In this document: positions 33,919 to 42,188 of the stretch, in pieces
How the letters are laid out: each line of letters begins with the position of its first letter
Numbering within the stretch: position 1 is the first letter of the stretch
Source of the DNA: Myxococcota bacterium
GTDB taxonomy: Bacteria > Myxococcota_A > UBA9042 > PHBI01 > JAWLBL01
DNA: 64,000 bases
NCBI GenBank assembly: GCA_041687695.1
Contig: JAWLBL010000022.1
Coordinates: 92,003-156,002, forward strand
Reading direction: 5' to 3'
Translations under genes and position numbers: made by a program
Notes under the pieces: model-generated
What the model saw: only the letters and a program-made list of their open reading frames with translations
Databases searched by the model: none
What the model was told of the DNA's origin: nothing

Positions 33919-35403
33919 GTGAGGCGGTCGAGGGTCGCCCTCGAGGCCGCCGCGGTGTTCCTGGTCGCCTGGGGCGCCTTCGCCTGGACGGTCCTGCCCC
34001 AGGACGCCCTGGTCACCATCGACGGCTACTTCCACATGCGGCTGGCCCAGCAGATGGGCGAGCACGGGCCGTTCGTCGGGGTGCGCGGGCTGCCGCTCAC
34101 CCTGCTGGGCGAGGCCGGCCCCGATCACCACTGGCTGTGGCACCTGCTGCTGATGCCGTTCGGGCAGCTGCCCGACCTGTTCGTCGCCATGAAGTGGGCC
34201 GCGACCGTGGCCGCCGCCGCCGTCGCCGCCGGGCTGCACGTCGTGGCGCGCGCGCTGCGCCTGCCGTGGCCCGCGCTGTTCGCCCTGCTGGGTGTCGCCG
34301 GGGCCCTGCTGATGCCGGGCCGGCTGGTCATGCTGGGCGCGCAGAACCTGGCGGTCCTCTTCATCGCGGCCGCGCTGTGGGGCCTGCACCGCCAGCGGCC
34401 GCTCGCCCTGGCCCTGGTCGCCTTCCTGTTCCTGCAGGCCTACCACGCGGCCGTCATCCTGGCGCCGCTGGCGCTGCTGCACGTCCTGGTCGCGGCCACC
34501 CGCCACCGCCGCCTGCCCTGGCGCCCCGCCGCCGCCCTGGCCGCCGGCGCCGCCCTGGCCCTGGCCTTGAACCCCTGGTTCCCGCGCAACGTCGAGTACC
34601 TGTTCTTCCACACCCTCTACAAGGTCTCGAACACCCAGCGCCTCAGCGTCGGCGCCGAGTGGGGCGCCCCGCCGCTCGAGGCCCTCCTGACCGGCGCCTG
34701 GCCGGTCCTCGTGGCCCTGCTGGCCGGCGCCGCGGCCTTCGCGCTGGCCCGCCGCCGCGACCCCCAGCGCGCCCTGGGCGACGACACCCTGCTGTGGCTG
34801 CTGGCGACCGCGCTCTTCTTCGCCATGCACCTGACCGCCTGGCGCTTCGTCGAGTACCTGACCCCGGCCGCGGCGCTGGCCGCCGGCTTGCTGTTTCGCG
34901 ACGCCGGCGCCGCCCGCTGGCGCCCCGCCCCCCGCCGCGCCCTGGCCGCCGCGCTGGCGCTGGTCATCGCCGTGCAGGGCGCCCGCGGCCTGGCCGTCGT
35001 CCGCGAGCAGGCCACCTTCGTGCCCAGCAAATACGCAGAGTTCGCGGCCATCCTGCGCGCCGAGGCCGCCCCGGGCGAGCGCGTCTTCAACCGGGTCTGG
35101 GAGGACTACGTCTTCCTGTACTGGCACAACCCGCAGCTGACCTACGTCAACGGTCTGGACCCGCACTACCTGGCCTACGCCGACCCGGGGCGCTTCCGGC
35201 TGTGGCAGTGGGTGCAGACGGTGGCCGCCGACGACCCGAACGACCCCGCGCCGGTCATCGCGCAGGCCTTCGGCGCCCGCTGGGTCGTCGTCAACCGCGC
35301 CGGGCGCAACCTGGCCCAGCGCCTGGGCCGCAGCCCCTACGCCGTGCTGCGCCACGAGTCGCGCTGGGGCTGGCTGTTCGAGCTGCGCCTGCCGCCCGGG
35401 TAG
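33919..35403 (+). CDS. Polytopic membrane protein, probable GT-C-fold glycosyltransferase
   Basis: About 11-13 hydrophobic segments, early DGYFH motif, AEW loop, WRF..Y, C-terminal soluble domain with FNRVWEDY and NGLDP. Start uncertain. Confidence 0.6.
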   Translation: MRRSRVALEAAAVFLVAWGAFAWTVLPQDALVTIDGYFHMRLAQQMGEHGPFVGVRGLPLTLLGEAGPDHHWLWHLLLMPFGQLPDLFVAMKWAATVAAAAVAAGLHVVARALRLPWPALFALLGVAGALLMPGRLVMLGAQNLAVLFIAAALWGLHRQRPLALALVAFLFLQAYHAAVILAPLALLHVLVAATRHRRLPWRPAAALAAGAALALALNPWFPRNVEYLFFHTLYKVSNTQRLSVGAEWGAPPLEALLTGAWPVLVALLAGAAAFALARRRDPQRALGDDTLLWLLATALFFAMHLTAWRFVEYLTPAAALAAGLLFRDAGAARWRPAPRRALAAALALVIAVQGARGLAVVREQATFVPSKYAEFAAILRAEAAPGERVFNRVWEDYVFLYWHNPQLTYVNGLDPHYLAYADPGRFRLWQWVQTVAADDPNDPAPVIAQAFGARWVVVNRAGRNLAQRLGRSPYAVLRHESRWGWLFELRLPPG

Positions 35404-35409
35404 GCGGCG

Positions 35410-36312
35410 TCAGCGGGCCCGACGCGCGGGGGCCGGCGTCTCGGCCTCGACCCGCGCGACCAGCTCGGCCACGGCGTCGGCGACGAAGCCGGGGTGCGAC
35501 AGCGGGACCCAGTGGCCGGCGTCGAGCGGCAGGCGCTCGAGGCGGGGGGCGAAGCGCTCGAGGCCCTGGCTGAGCGGCGCGGTGACGTAGGGGTCGCCGC
35601 TGGGGACGATGACGCGCACCGGCAGGTCGGTGGTGCGGCGCTGGGGGCGCGCCATGGGGCGCAGGAAGTTGGCCCGGTACAGGTTGACGCCGTGGCGGCC
35701 GTCGCGGGGCAGGGTGGGGGCGGGCGCGTGGGTGATGCCCTCGGCGGCGAGCAGGTGTGGGAAGGCGCGGGCGGCGCCGGCGCGCCAGACCAGCGGCGGC
35801 AGGACGGGCAGGTGGAAGAAGGCCACATACCACGAGCGAGACAGCTGGCGCAGCGCGTCGGGGGCCGTCGCGAGCGAGGTCAGGCGCTGGCGCATCCACA
35901 GGGCGGCGTGGTCCAGGGGCGGCCCGCTGATCGCGGTGAAGGAGGCGAGGCGGCCGTCGAAGCGGCCCGACAGGACGGCCTCCCAGCCCTGGATGGAGCC
36001 CCAGTCGTGGCCGACCAGGTGGACGCGCCGGCCGGGGGCGGCGGCGTCGAGCACGGCGGCGAGGTCGTCGAGCAGGCGCTCGACGCGGTAGGCGGCGACG
36101 CCGCGCGGGACGTCCGAGGCGCCGGCGCCGCGCACGTCGTAGGTGACGACGTCGTGGGCGGGGGCGAGGCGCTGGGCGACCTCGGACCAGACGGCGTGGG
36201 TGTCCGGGTAGCCGTGGACCAGGACGACGGTGGGGCGGTCCTGGGCCGGCTGGCCCCAGCGGTGGACGGCCAGCCGGACGTCGCCCGAGGTGGCCCAGAG
36301 GGTGGCGCGCAT
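35410..36312 (-). CDS. Alpha/beta hydrolase (epoxide hydrolase-like)
   Basis: VHGYPD, YDVRGAGAS, GHDWGS nucleophile, GDPYV, AGHW. Confidence 0.9.
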   Translation of the reverse strand: MRATLWATSGDVRLAVHRWGQPAQDRPTVVLVHGYPDTHAVWSEVAQRLAPAHDVVTYDVRGAGASDVPRGVAAYRVERLLDDLAAVLDAAAPGRRVHLVGHDWGSIQGWEAVLSGRFDGRLASFTAISGPPLDHAALWMRQRLTSLATAPDALRQLSRSWYVAFFHLPVLPPLVWRAGAARAFPHLLAAEGITHAPAPTLPRDGRHGVNLYRANFLRPMARPQRRTTDLPVRVIVPSGDPYVTAPLSQGLERFAPRLERLPLDAGHWVPLSHPGFVADAVAELVARVEAETPAPARRAR

Positions 36313-36394
36313 CGTGGAGACCTCGCGGTGCGGGAGGCGCGGAAGGTCGCGCCGCCGGGGTGCGGCGTCAAGCCTGGGACCCCGAGCGGGCGGC

Positions 36395-37687
36395 TCAGTC
36401 GACGGCCTCGCAGCTGGACGGCTTGCAGGGGTCGGGCAGGCACACCTTGATGAAGCCGCCGCCCTCGGGGGGCGCGCAGCAGGTGGCGCCGGTGCCGCAG
36501 TCGGCCGAGGTCGCGCAGGCGGCGATGGACATGCAGAACCCGCTGGTCCCGCCCTGGTCGCTCATGTCGCTCGAGCAGGTCAGATCGCTGCCGCACTCGC
36601 CGCCGCCCTGGGTGCAGGGCGCGCCGATGCCCTTCTCGTTGGCGGTCACGTCTTTACACCCGCTGAGATCCTCGCCCGGGTCCTCTCCGCCCTCCATGCC
36701 GCTCAGATCCAGGCACTTGCCGTCGAGCGCCGCGCCGCCCTTGACGAAGAACGACAGGAAGCACATCTCGTCGTGGGTGCTCTCGCCGTAGCCGGCGGGG
36801 ACGTCCGTGTCGTTGACGAACTCGCAGACGACGCGCGTGTGCGTCCCCTTGGGCAGCGTCAGCTCGAAGGGCTCGATGTCCTGCTGGTCGAAGTCCCACT
36901 CGCGCTCGTAGACGGTCTGCATGCTGTCGGCGTCGGGGCCGGCCTCGAGGCGCATGCGCGTGCCCAGCAGGTGCATGTGGGGGAAGGCGGCGAAGATCTC
37001 GAGGTCGCGGTGCAGCACGCAGTCCTGCGAGGTCGTCGCGCTGCCCTGCGCCGGGACGTCGACGACCGTGGTGCCCATCGGGAACAGGACCGCCTCGTGC
37101 TCGGGCTCGGCGTCGGTCAGATCCATGACCACCTCGACCTGGCGCGTCGCGTCCTCGGGCAGGAAGTTCAGCAGGTGCAGCTGGATGACGATCTGCGTGC
37201 CCTTGGGCAGCACGAAGGGCGCGTCGGGCGGCATCGCCAGCTCGGCCGACCCGGCCCCGGTCGTGAACAGCGGCAGCCAGCTGGTCTTGAACAGCACCGG
37301 GCACTCGTAGGGCTCGGCCGGCTCGGGCGCCATGGCGCGCGCGAAGAACAGGTGGTGCACCACCTCGACGCCCTCGTAGCGGAACCGCTCGACGCGCACG
37401 TCGCGGTCCAGGGTGTGCGTCATGCACAGGTACTGCTCGGTGCCCGCCGCGATCGTGAACGGCTCGGTCACGATGGACAGCGTCTTGCCCGTGTCCGTCA
37501 CGTCGCCCTGCGCGTCGCCCGACGTGTCCGCCGCCGCGTCGCCACTGTCCTCGACCTCGTCCGCGCCCTTGGCCTCGGCGCCCGCGTCCACCACGTCACC
37601 CGCCGACGCTCCGCCCCCCGCGTCGCCGCCGCACGCGAACAGACCCCACACCGCCGCGCCCCACGCCACCGCACGCAACGCCCTCAT
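36395..37687 (-). CDS. Lipoprotein with a copper type II (PHM/DBH-like) monooxygenase domain and a Cys-rich tail
   Basis: LFAC lipobox. VVHHLFF, IQLHLLN, FPHMHLLG, WDFDQQ, GESTHDEMC. Confidence 0.8.
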   Translation of the reverse strand: MRALRAVAWGAAVWGLFACGGDAGGGASAGDVVDAGAEAKGADEVEDSGDAAADTSGDAQGDVTDTGKTLSIVTEPFTIAAGTEQYLCMTHTLDRDVRVERFRYEGVEVVHHLFFARAMAPEPAEPYECPVLFKTSWLPLFTTGAGSAELAMPPDAPFVLPKGTQIVIQLHLLNFLPEDATRQVEVVMDLTDAEPEHEAVLFPMGTTVVDVPAQGSATTSQDCVLHRDLEIFAAFPHMHLLGTRMRLEAGPDADSMQTVYEREWDFDQQDIEPFELTLPKGTHTRVVCEFVNDTDVPAGYGESTHDEMCFLSFFVKGGAALDGKCLDLSGMEGGEDPGEDLSGCKDVTANEKGIGAPCTQGGGECGSDLTCSSDMSDQGGTSGFCMSIAACATSADCGTGATCCAPPEGGGFIKVCLPDPCKPSSCEAVD

Positions 37688-37766
37688 CGGCTCCCCCTCC
37701 CGCTGGATGGCCCGCAGCCTAGCGCGCCCGCCCCGCGCCCGCCACCCAACCCGGGTCACGGCGGGA

Positions 37767-38681
37767 TCACGACCGCCGCGCCAGCTGCGCCGTCATCGCC
37801 TCGGCCAGCGCCCGCATCGCCGGCTCGACCGCCGAGCCCGGCCGCCACGCCAGGATCAGCGTGCGCGCCGGCGCGGGCGGCGCCAGCGGCCGCGTCACCA
37901 GCCCCGCCCGGTGCGCCTCGGTCTCGACCGCGATCTCGGGCAGCAGCGTCAGCCCCGTCCCGCCCGCGACCATCTGCGCCAGGGTCGACAGGCTGGTCGC
38001 CCGGAACCCCAGCTCCTCGGCGCCCGCCTTCGCGCACACGTCCAGCGCCTGGTCCCGAAAGCAGTGCCCCTCGTCCAGCAGCAGCACCCGCTCGCGGTCC
38101 AACCGCTTGGCCGACACCGGCCCCGCCTCGCTCGCCAGCGCGTGCTCGGGCGGCATCGCCAGCACGAACGGGTCCCGCGCCAGCTCGGCCCACTCGAGCG
38201 GCTCGAGCCCGCCCACCAGCGCCAGCAGCGCCCCGTCCACCTCGCCGGCCATCAGGCGCCGCACCAGCACCTCGGTCTTGTCCTCGATCCAGGCGATGGT
38301 CAGCCGCGGAAAGCGCGTCCGCAGCCCGGGCGCGACCCGCGGCAGCAGGTACGGGCCCAGGGTCGGGATCACCCCCAGCCGCAGCGTCCCCGCCAGCGGG
38401 TCGACGAAACCCCGCGCCGCCGCCGCCAGGTCCTCGGTCGCAAGCAGCACCCCGCGCGCCCGCGCCACCAGCGCCTCGCCGGCCGCCGTCAGCAGCACAC
38501 CCCGGCGCCCGCGGTCGAACAGCCGCACGCCCAGCGCGTCCTCGGCCTCGGCCAGCTGCGCGCTGAGCGCCGGCTGCGACACGGCGCAGAGCTCGGCGGC
38601 CCGGCGGAAGTTCAACGTCTCGGCCACGGCCACGACGTACTGGAGCTGACGGAGGGTCACGGGCAGGGGCGCGTAGTTCAT
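37767..38681 (-). CDS. oxyR: H2O2-sensing LysR regulator OxyR
   Basis: LysR HTH (VSQPALSAQL), GVIPTLGPYLLP, LLDEGHCFRDQALDVC with both redox Cys, ATSLSTL. Divergent from ahpC. Confidence 0.92.
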   Translation of the reverse strand: MNYAPLPVTLRQLQYVVAVAETLNFRRAAELCAVSQPALSAQLAEAEDALGVRLFDRGRRGVLLTAAGEALVARARGVLLATEDLAAAARGFVDPLAGTLRLGVIPTLGPYLLPRVAPGLRTRFPRLTIAWIEDKTEVLVRRLMAGEVDGALLALVGGLEPLEWAELARDPFVLAMPPEHALASEAGPVSAKRLDRERVLLLDEGHCFRDQALDVCAKAGAEELGFRATSLSTLAQMVAGGTGLTLLPEIAVETEAHRAGLVTRPLAPPAPARTLILAWRPGSAVEPAMRALAEAMTAQLARRS

Positions 38682-38716
38682 AGCGTCAGGCTATCACATG
38701 CACAGGAACGATGTCT
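38680..38716. promoter_or_regulatory. OxyR-type operator
   Basis: ATAG-N7-CTAT-N7-ACAG-N7-GTCT versus consensus ATAG-N7-CTAT-N7-ATAG-N7-CTAT. Overlaps the oxyR start. Confidence 0.75.
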
Positions 38717-38801
38717 TGGCGCAATCGCGCCAGGGTGGCCACTGTGGACCCATCGGACGGGCCGCGCTGGCCCGCAACCCCCGACCTCAAGGAGACCCCG
38801 C

Positions 38802-39338
38802 ATGTTGACCGTTGGCGACACCCTCCCCGCGTTCGATGTCGAAGCCGTCGTGAGCCTGGACAAGGGCCAGGAGTTCCGGCGCATCACCGACCAGGACTTC
38901 CAGGGTCAGTGGAAGATCCTGTTTTTGTGGCCGATGGACTTCACCTTCATCTGCCCGACCGAGATCGCCGAGTTCGGCAAGCGCCACGCCGACTTCCGCG
39001 ACCGCGAGGCGGTCGTGCTCGGCGCCAGCACCGACACCCACTTCGTGCACCTGGCCTGGCGCAAGAGCCACCCCGATCTGAAGGACCTGCCCTTCCCGAT
39101 GCTGGCCGACACCAAGCGCGAGCTGTCGAGCGCGCTCGGCGTCCTGCACCGCACCGACGGCGTCGCCCTGCGCGCCACCTTCATCGTCGACCCGCAGGGC
39201 GTCATCCGCCACGTCAGCGTCAACGACCTGAGCGTCGGCCGCAACGTCGACGAGACCCTGCGCATCCTCGACGCGCTGCAGACCGACGAGCTGTGCCCCT
39301 GCAACTGGAAGCAGGGCGAGGCCACGCTGCAGGTCTGA
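38802..39338 (+). CDS. ahpC: Peroxiredoxin AhpC
   Basis: WPMDFTFICPTEI, GRNVDETLRILDALQTDELCPCNW, AAGGAG RBS. Confidence 0.95.
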   Translation: MLTVGDTLPAFDVEAVVSLDKGQEFRRITDQDFQGQWKILFLWPMDFTFICPTEIAEFGKRHADFRDREAVVLGASTDTHFVHLAWRKSHPDLKDLPFPMLADTKRELSSALGVLHRTDGVALRATFIVDPQGVIRHVSVNDLSVGRNVDETLRILDALQTDELCPCNWKQGEATLQV

Positions 39339-39408
39339 CCCGGGGCGCTTCGGCGCCCCCTCCTTCCCCACGCCCCCAAACCCAAGCCTACGCCCAAGGA
39401 GACCCGCC

Positions 39409-39975
39409 ATGCAGGCCATCGAGACCCTCCGCGCCGCCTTCCCCGACTTCGCCCGCGACATCAAGCTCAACCTGCAGGCGGTCCTGCAGGACGGCAGCCT
39501 CACCCCCGACCAGCGCTGGGGCGTCGCCGTCGCCTCCGCCCTGGCCACGCGCAACCCCGAGCTGGCGACCGCCGTGCTGTCCGACGCCCGCGGCCAGGTG
39601 AGCCCGGCCGTCCTCGACGACGCCCAGGCCGCGGCGACCCTGATGGGCATGAACAACGTCTACTACCGCTTCCGCCACATGATCGGCAAAGCCTCGTACG
39701 GCGACCGCCCGGCCCGCCTGCGCATGAACCGCATCGTGCGCCCGGCCACCAACAAGGCCGACTTCGAGCTGTTCTGCCTGGCGGTCAGCGCCATCAACGG
39801 CTGCGAGGCCTGCGTGCGCTCGCACGAGCAGGTCGTGGTCGACGGCCACCTGACCGAGGACCAGGTGCACGACGCGGTGCGCCTCGCCGCGACCCTGCAG
39901 GCCGCCGCGGTGGCCCTCGAGACGGCGCAGCTGATGGCGGACGACGGGGCCCCGCGCCAGGCGGCCAGCGCCTGA
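39409..39975 (+). CDS. ahpD: Alkyl hydroperoxide reductase AhpD
   Basis: PDFARDIKLNL, MGMNNVYYRFRH, AVSAINGCEACVRSHE (CxxC). Confidence 0.95.
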   Translation: MQAIETLRAAFPDFARDIKLNLQAVLQDGSLTPDQRWGVAVASALATRNPELATAVLSDARGQVSPAVLDDAQAAATLMGMNNVYYRFRHMIGKASYGDRPARLRMNRIVRPATNKADFELFCLAVSAINGCEACVRSHEQVVVDGHLTEDQVHDAVRLAATLQAAAVALETAQLMADDGAPRQAASA

Positions 39976-39991
39976 CGCGGGCGGCCTGCCC

Positions 39992-42055
39992 TCACTCGGG
40001 CGCCACTCCCGGGTCGGGGGCGGGCACCGGGACGGGCGGGGGGACCGGCTGGGCGCCCCCGCTCAGGCCCCGCAGCTCGTCGAGCAGCCGGCTCTCCTGG
40101 CCGTACAGCTCGAACAGGCGCTCGTTGCGCCCGGCCCCGCTCGCCTCCTCGCGGATGAGCCCCGCCACCCGGTCCATCAGCGCGCCCCAGCTCTCGGCGC
40201 CCAGATACTGCCCGCCGTCCCCCACCAGCGCCCCGCCGTCCTTGCGCAAGGCGACGCCGGTCGCGCCCACGGCGCGCATCAGCCCGATGACCCGCTCGTT
40301 GGCCTTGCGCTCCTCGGCCTGGCGCAGCTCGCGCAGCTCCTTCTGCACGGCCCGCAGCTCGGCCGCCTTGGCGTCGAAGGCGGCCCGCGCCTCGCCGGTC
40401 GGCGCCTCGGGCAGCGGCGGCTCGAAGTCGTGGCTGGCGATGGTCAGGAACATGCCGGCCCCCAGCGCCTGCTCCATCACGTACAGCAGGGCCACGCTCT
40501 CGGCCTGCGCCAGCGCGCGCAGCCCGGGGTGCGCCTCGTCCGCCGGCCAGCCCGTCGCCTCGCCGCGACCCACGCGCCCCACGAACGCCGGGTCGGTGGC
40601 GAAGGCCAGGTAGCCGCCGGCCACCGTCGCCTGCAGCCGGACCGACTCGCCCAGCCTCACGGTCCAGCCGCCGCCCTCGTTGGGCGTGACGACGCCGCGT
40701 CCGGCCTCGGTGGCCGTCAGGCCGTCGACGTAGGCCCGCGCCGCCGCCTCGTCGGTCACCTTCAGCGCGCCGCCGCCCTGCAGCAGATCCGACTGGCCCG
40801 GCTCGGTGGCCGCCAACGCCTTGTCGTAGTCCAGCGTGACGGCGCCGCCGACCTCGCCCGCGAGCAGCCCGACCAGCCCGTCGAGGTCGATGCCCGCCTC
40901 CTTCAGCTCGGCGCGCACCTCGTCGACCGTCGTGCTCTCGGTCCGCAGCATCAGGTCGAACAGCTCGAGCGCCGCCTTGGGCTCGACGCCCCAGGCCACC
41001 AGCGCGCTGGGGCGCGTCGCCTGCGCCTTCACGACGGCCGGCGTCCCGGTCAGGTTGACCGTCGCCCGGTCCAGCAGCGACCCGGCCTTCAGCGGCGCGA
41101 ACAGCTGGGCCGCCACGCCCCGGTCCTGCACGTCGAGCCCGACGGCCAGCGACGTCATCGAGCCCCAGCCGCGCTCGAGCAGCGCCCGGTCGGCCTCGCG
41201 GCGCGCGCGCATCTCCTTGGCCCAGACGTCCTCCTCGTCCCCGTCGGCCGGCGCGGGCATCTCCTGCTCGGCCTCCTGGCCCAGCGCCGTCGTCTGCGCC
41301 ACCAGGGTCGGCATGTCGACGTACAGCGCGCCGTGCCGCGCGCCGCTCAGCCGGGCCGTCGCCGCGCGGAACCCCTCGGTGGTCGCCAGCGAGGTCGCCT
41401 CGGTCACGTCGGCCAGCTGCTTGGCCAGCGCGCGCTGGTCGGCCGCGAACCCCTCGGGCAGCACGTACAGGCGCTGGCCGATGACGAACAGCGGGGTGAT
41501 GTTCATCCCCCAGGTCAGCAGCTCGCCGCTGCCGGCCTGGCCGGCGATGGCCTCGCGCTGGAGATCGTCGCCCGCGAGGCGCGCCAGCGTGGCGTCGAGC
41601 TTGGCCTTGTCGCCCAGGGCCAGGTAGCCGACGCCCGAGAAGGGGTGGTAGCGCAGCACGGCGAACCCGGCCGGTCCGTTGGGGTCCAGCCCCAGCGCGC
41701 GCCAACCGTCGGCCGTGTACGGGTCGGCGCCCAGCGCGCCCTTGGGCTGGGTGCGGACCTCGTCGGGGAGGGCCGCGACGACCCGCTGCAGCTGCATCCG
41801 GTCGAAGACGGCGAAGGGATCGGCCAGCGTCAGCGAGACGATGGTGCCCGCCGGCAGCCCCTGCGCGGCCCGCACGACGCCCGGCGCCAGCCCCGCCGCG
41901 GGCGTGGTCGGCTCCTGGGTCGAGGGCGCCCCCGGCTGGCCGCGCGCGGGCGCGTCGGCGGTCGCGGCGGGCGGGGCGGCGGGCTCGGAGCGGCCGCAGG
42001 CGGCGCCCGAGGCGCCAAGGAGGACGGAAGCGACGACGGCCGAGCGCAAGCGCAT
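39992..42055 (-). CDS. Hypothetical lipoprotein
   Basis: MRLRSAVV...GAAC lipobox, GGAG RBS, coding-like codon bias. Confidence 0.7.
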   Translation of the reverse strand: MRLRSAVVASVLLGASGAACGRSEPAAPPAATADAPARGQPGAPSTQEPTTPAAGLAPGVVRAAQGLPAGTIVSLTLADPFAVFDRMQLQRVVAALPDEVRTQPKGALGADPYTADGWRALGLDPNGPAGFAVLRYHPFSGVGYLALGDKAKLDATLARLAGDDLQREAIAGQAGSGELLTWGMNITPLFVIGQRLYVLPEGFAADQRALAKQLADVTEATSLATTEGFRAATARLSGARHGALYVDMPTLVAQTTALGQEAEQEMPAPADGDEEDVWAKEMRARREADRALLERGWGSMTSLAVGLDVQDRGVAAQLFAPLKAGSLLDRATVNLTGTPAVVKAQATRPSALVAWGVEPKAALELFDLMLRTESTTVDEVRAELKEAGIDLDGLVGLLAGEVGGAVTLDYDKALAATEPGQSDLLQGGGALKVTDEAAARAYVDGLTATEAGRGVVTPNEGGGWTVRLGESVRLQATVAGGYLAFATDPAFVGRVGRGEATGWPADEAHPGLRALAQAESVALLYVMEQALGAGMFLTIASHDFEPPLPEAPTGEARAAFDAKAAELRAVQKELRELRQAEERKANERVIGLMRAVGATGVALRKDGGALVGDGGQYLGAESWGALMDRVAGLIREEASGAGRNERLFELYGQESRLLDELRGLSGGAQPVPPPVPVPAPDPGVAPE

Positions 42056-42188
42056 GGGGGTCTCCGGGGGGCGTGAGGGATGCGCACCCATACCCGACCG
42101 GCGGCCGCGGCGCAACGCGGCGAGATGAAGCGACGGCGCCGGGCCGGGGAGCGCGACCTGGGTCACCTCCCCGGCCCCTCGGCGGGCG

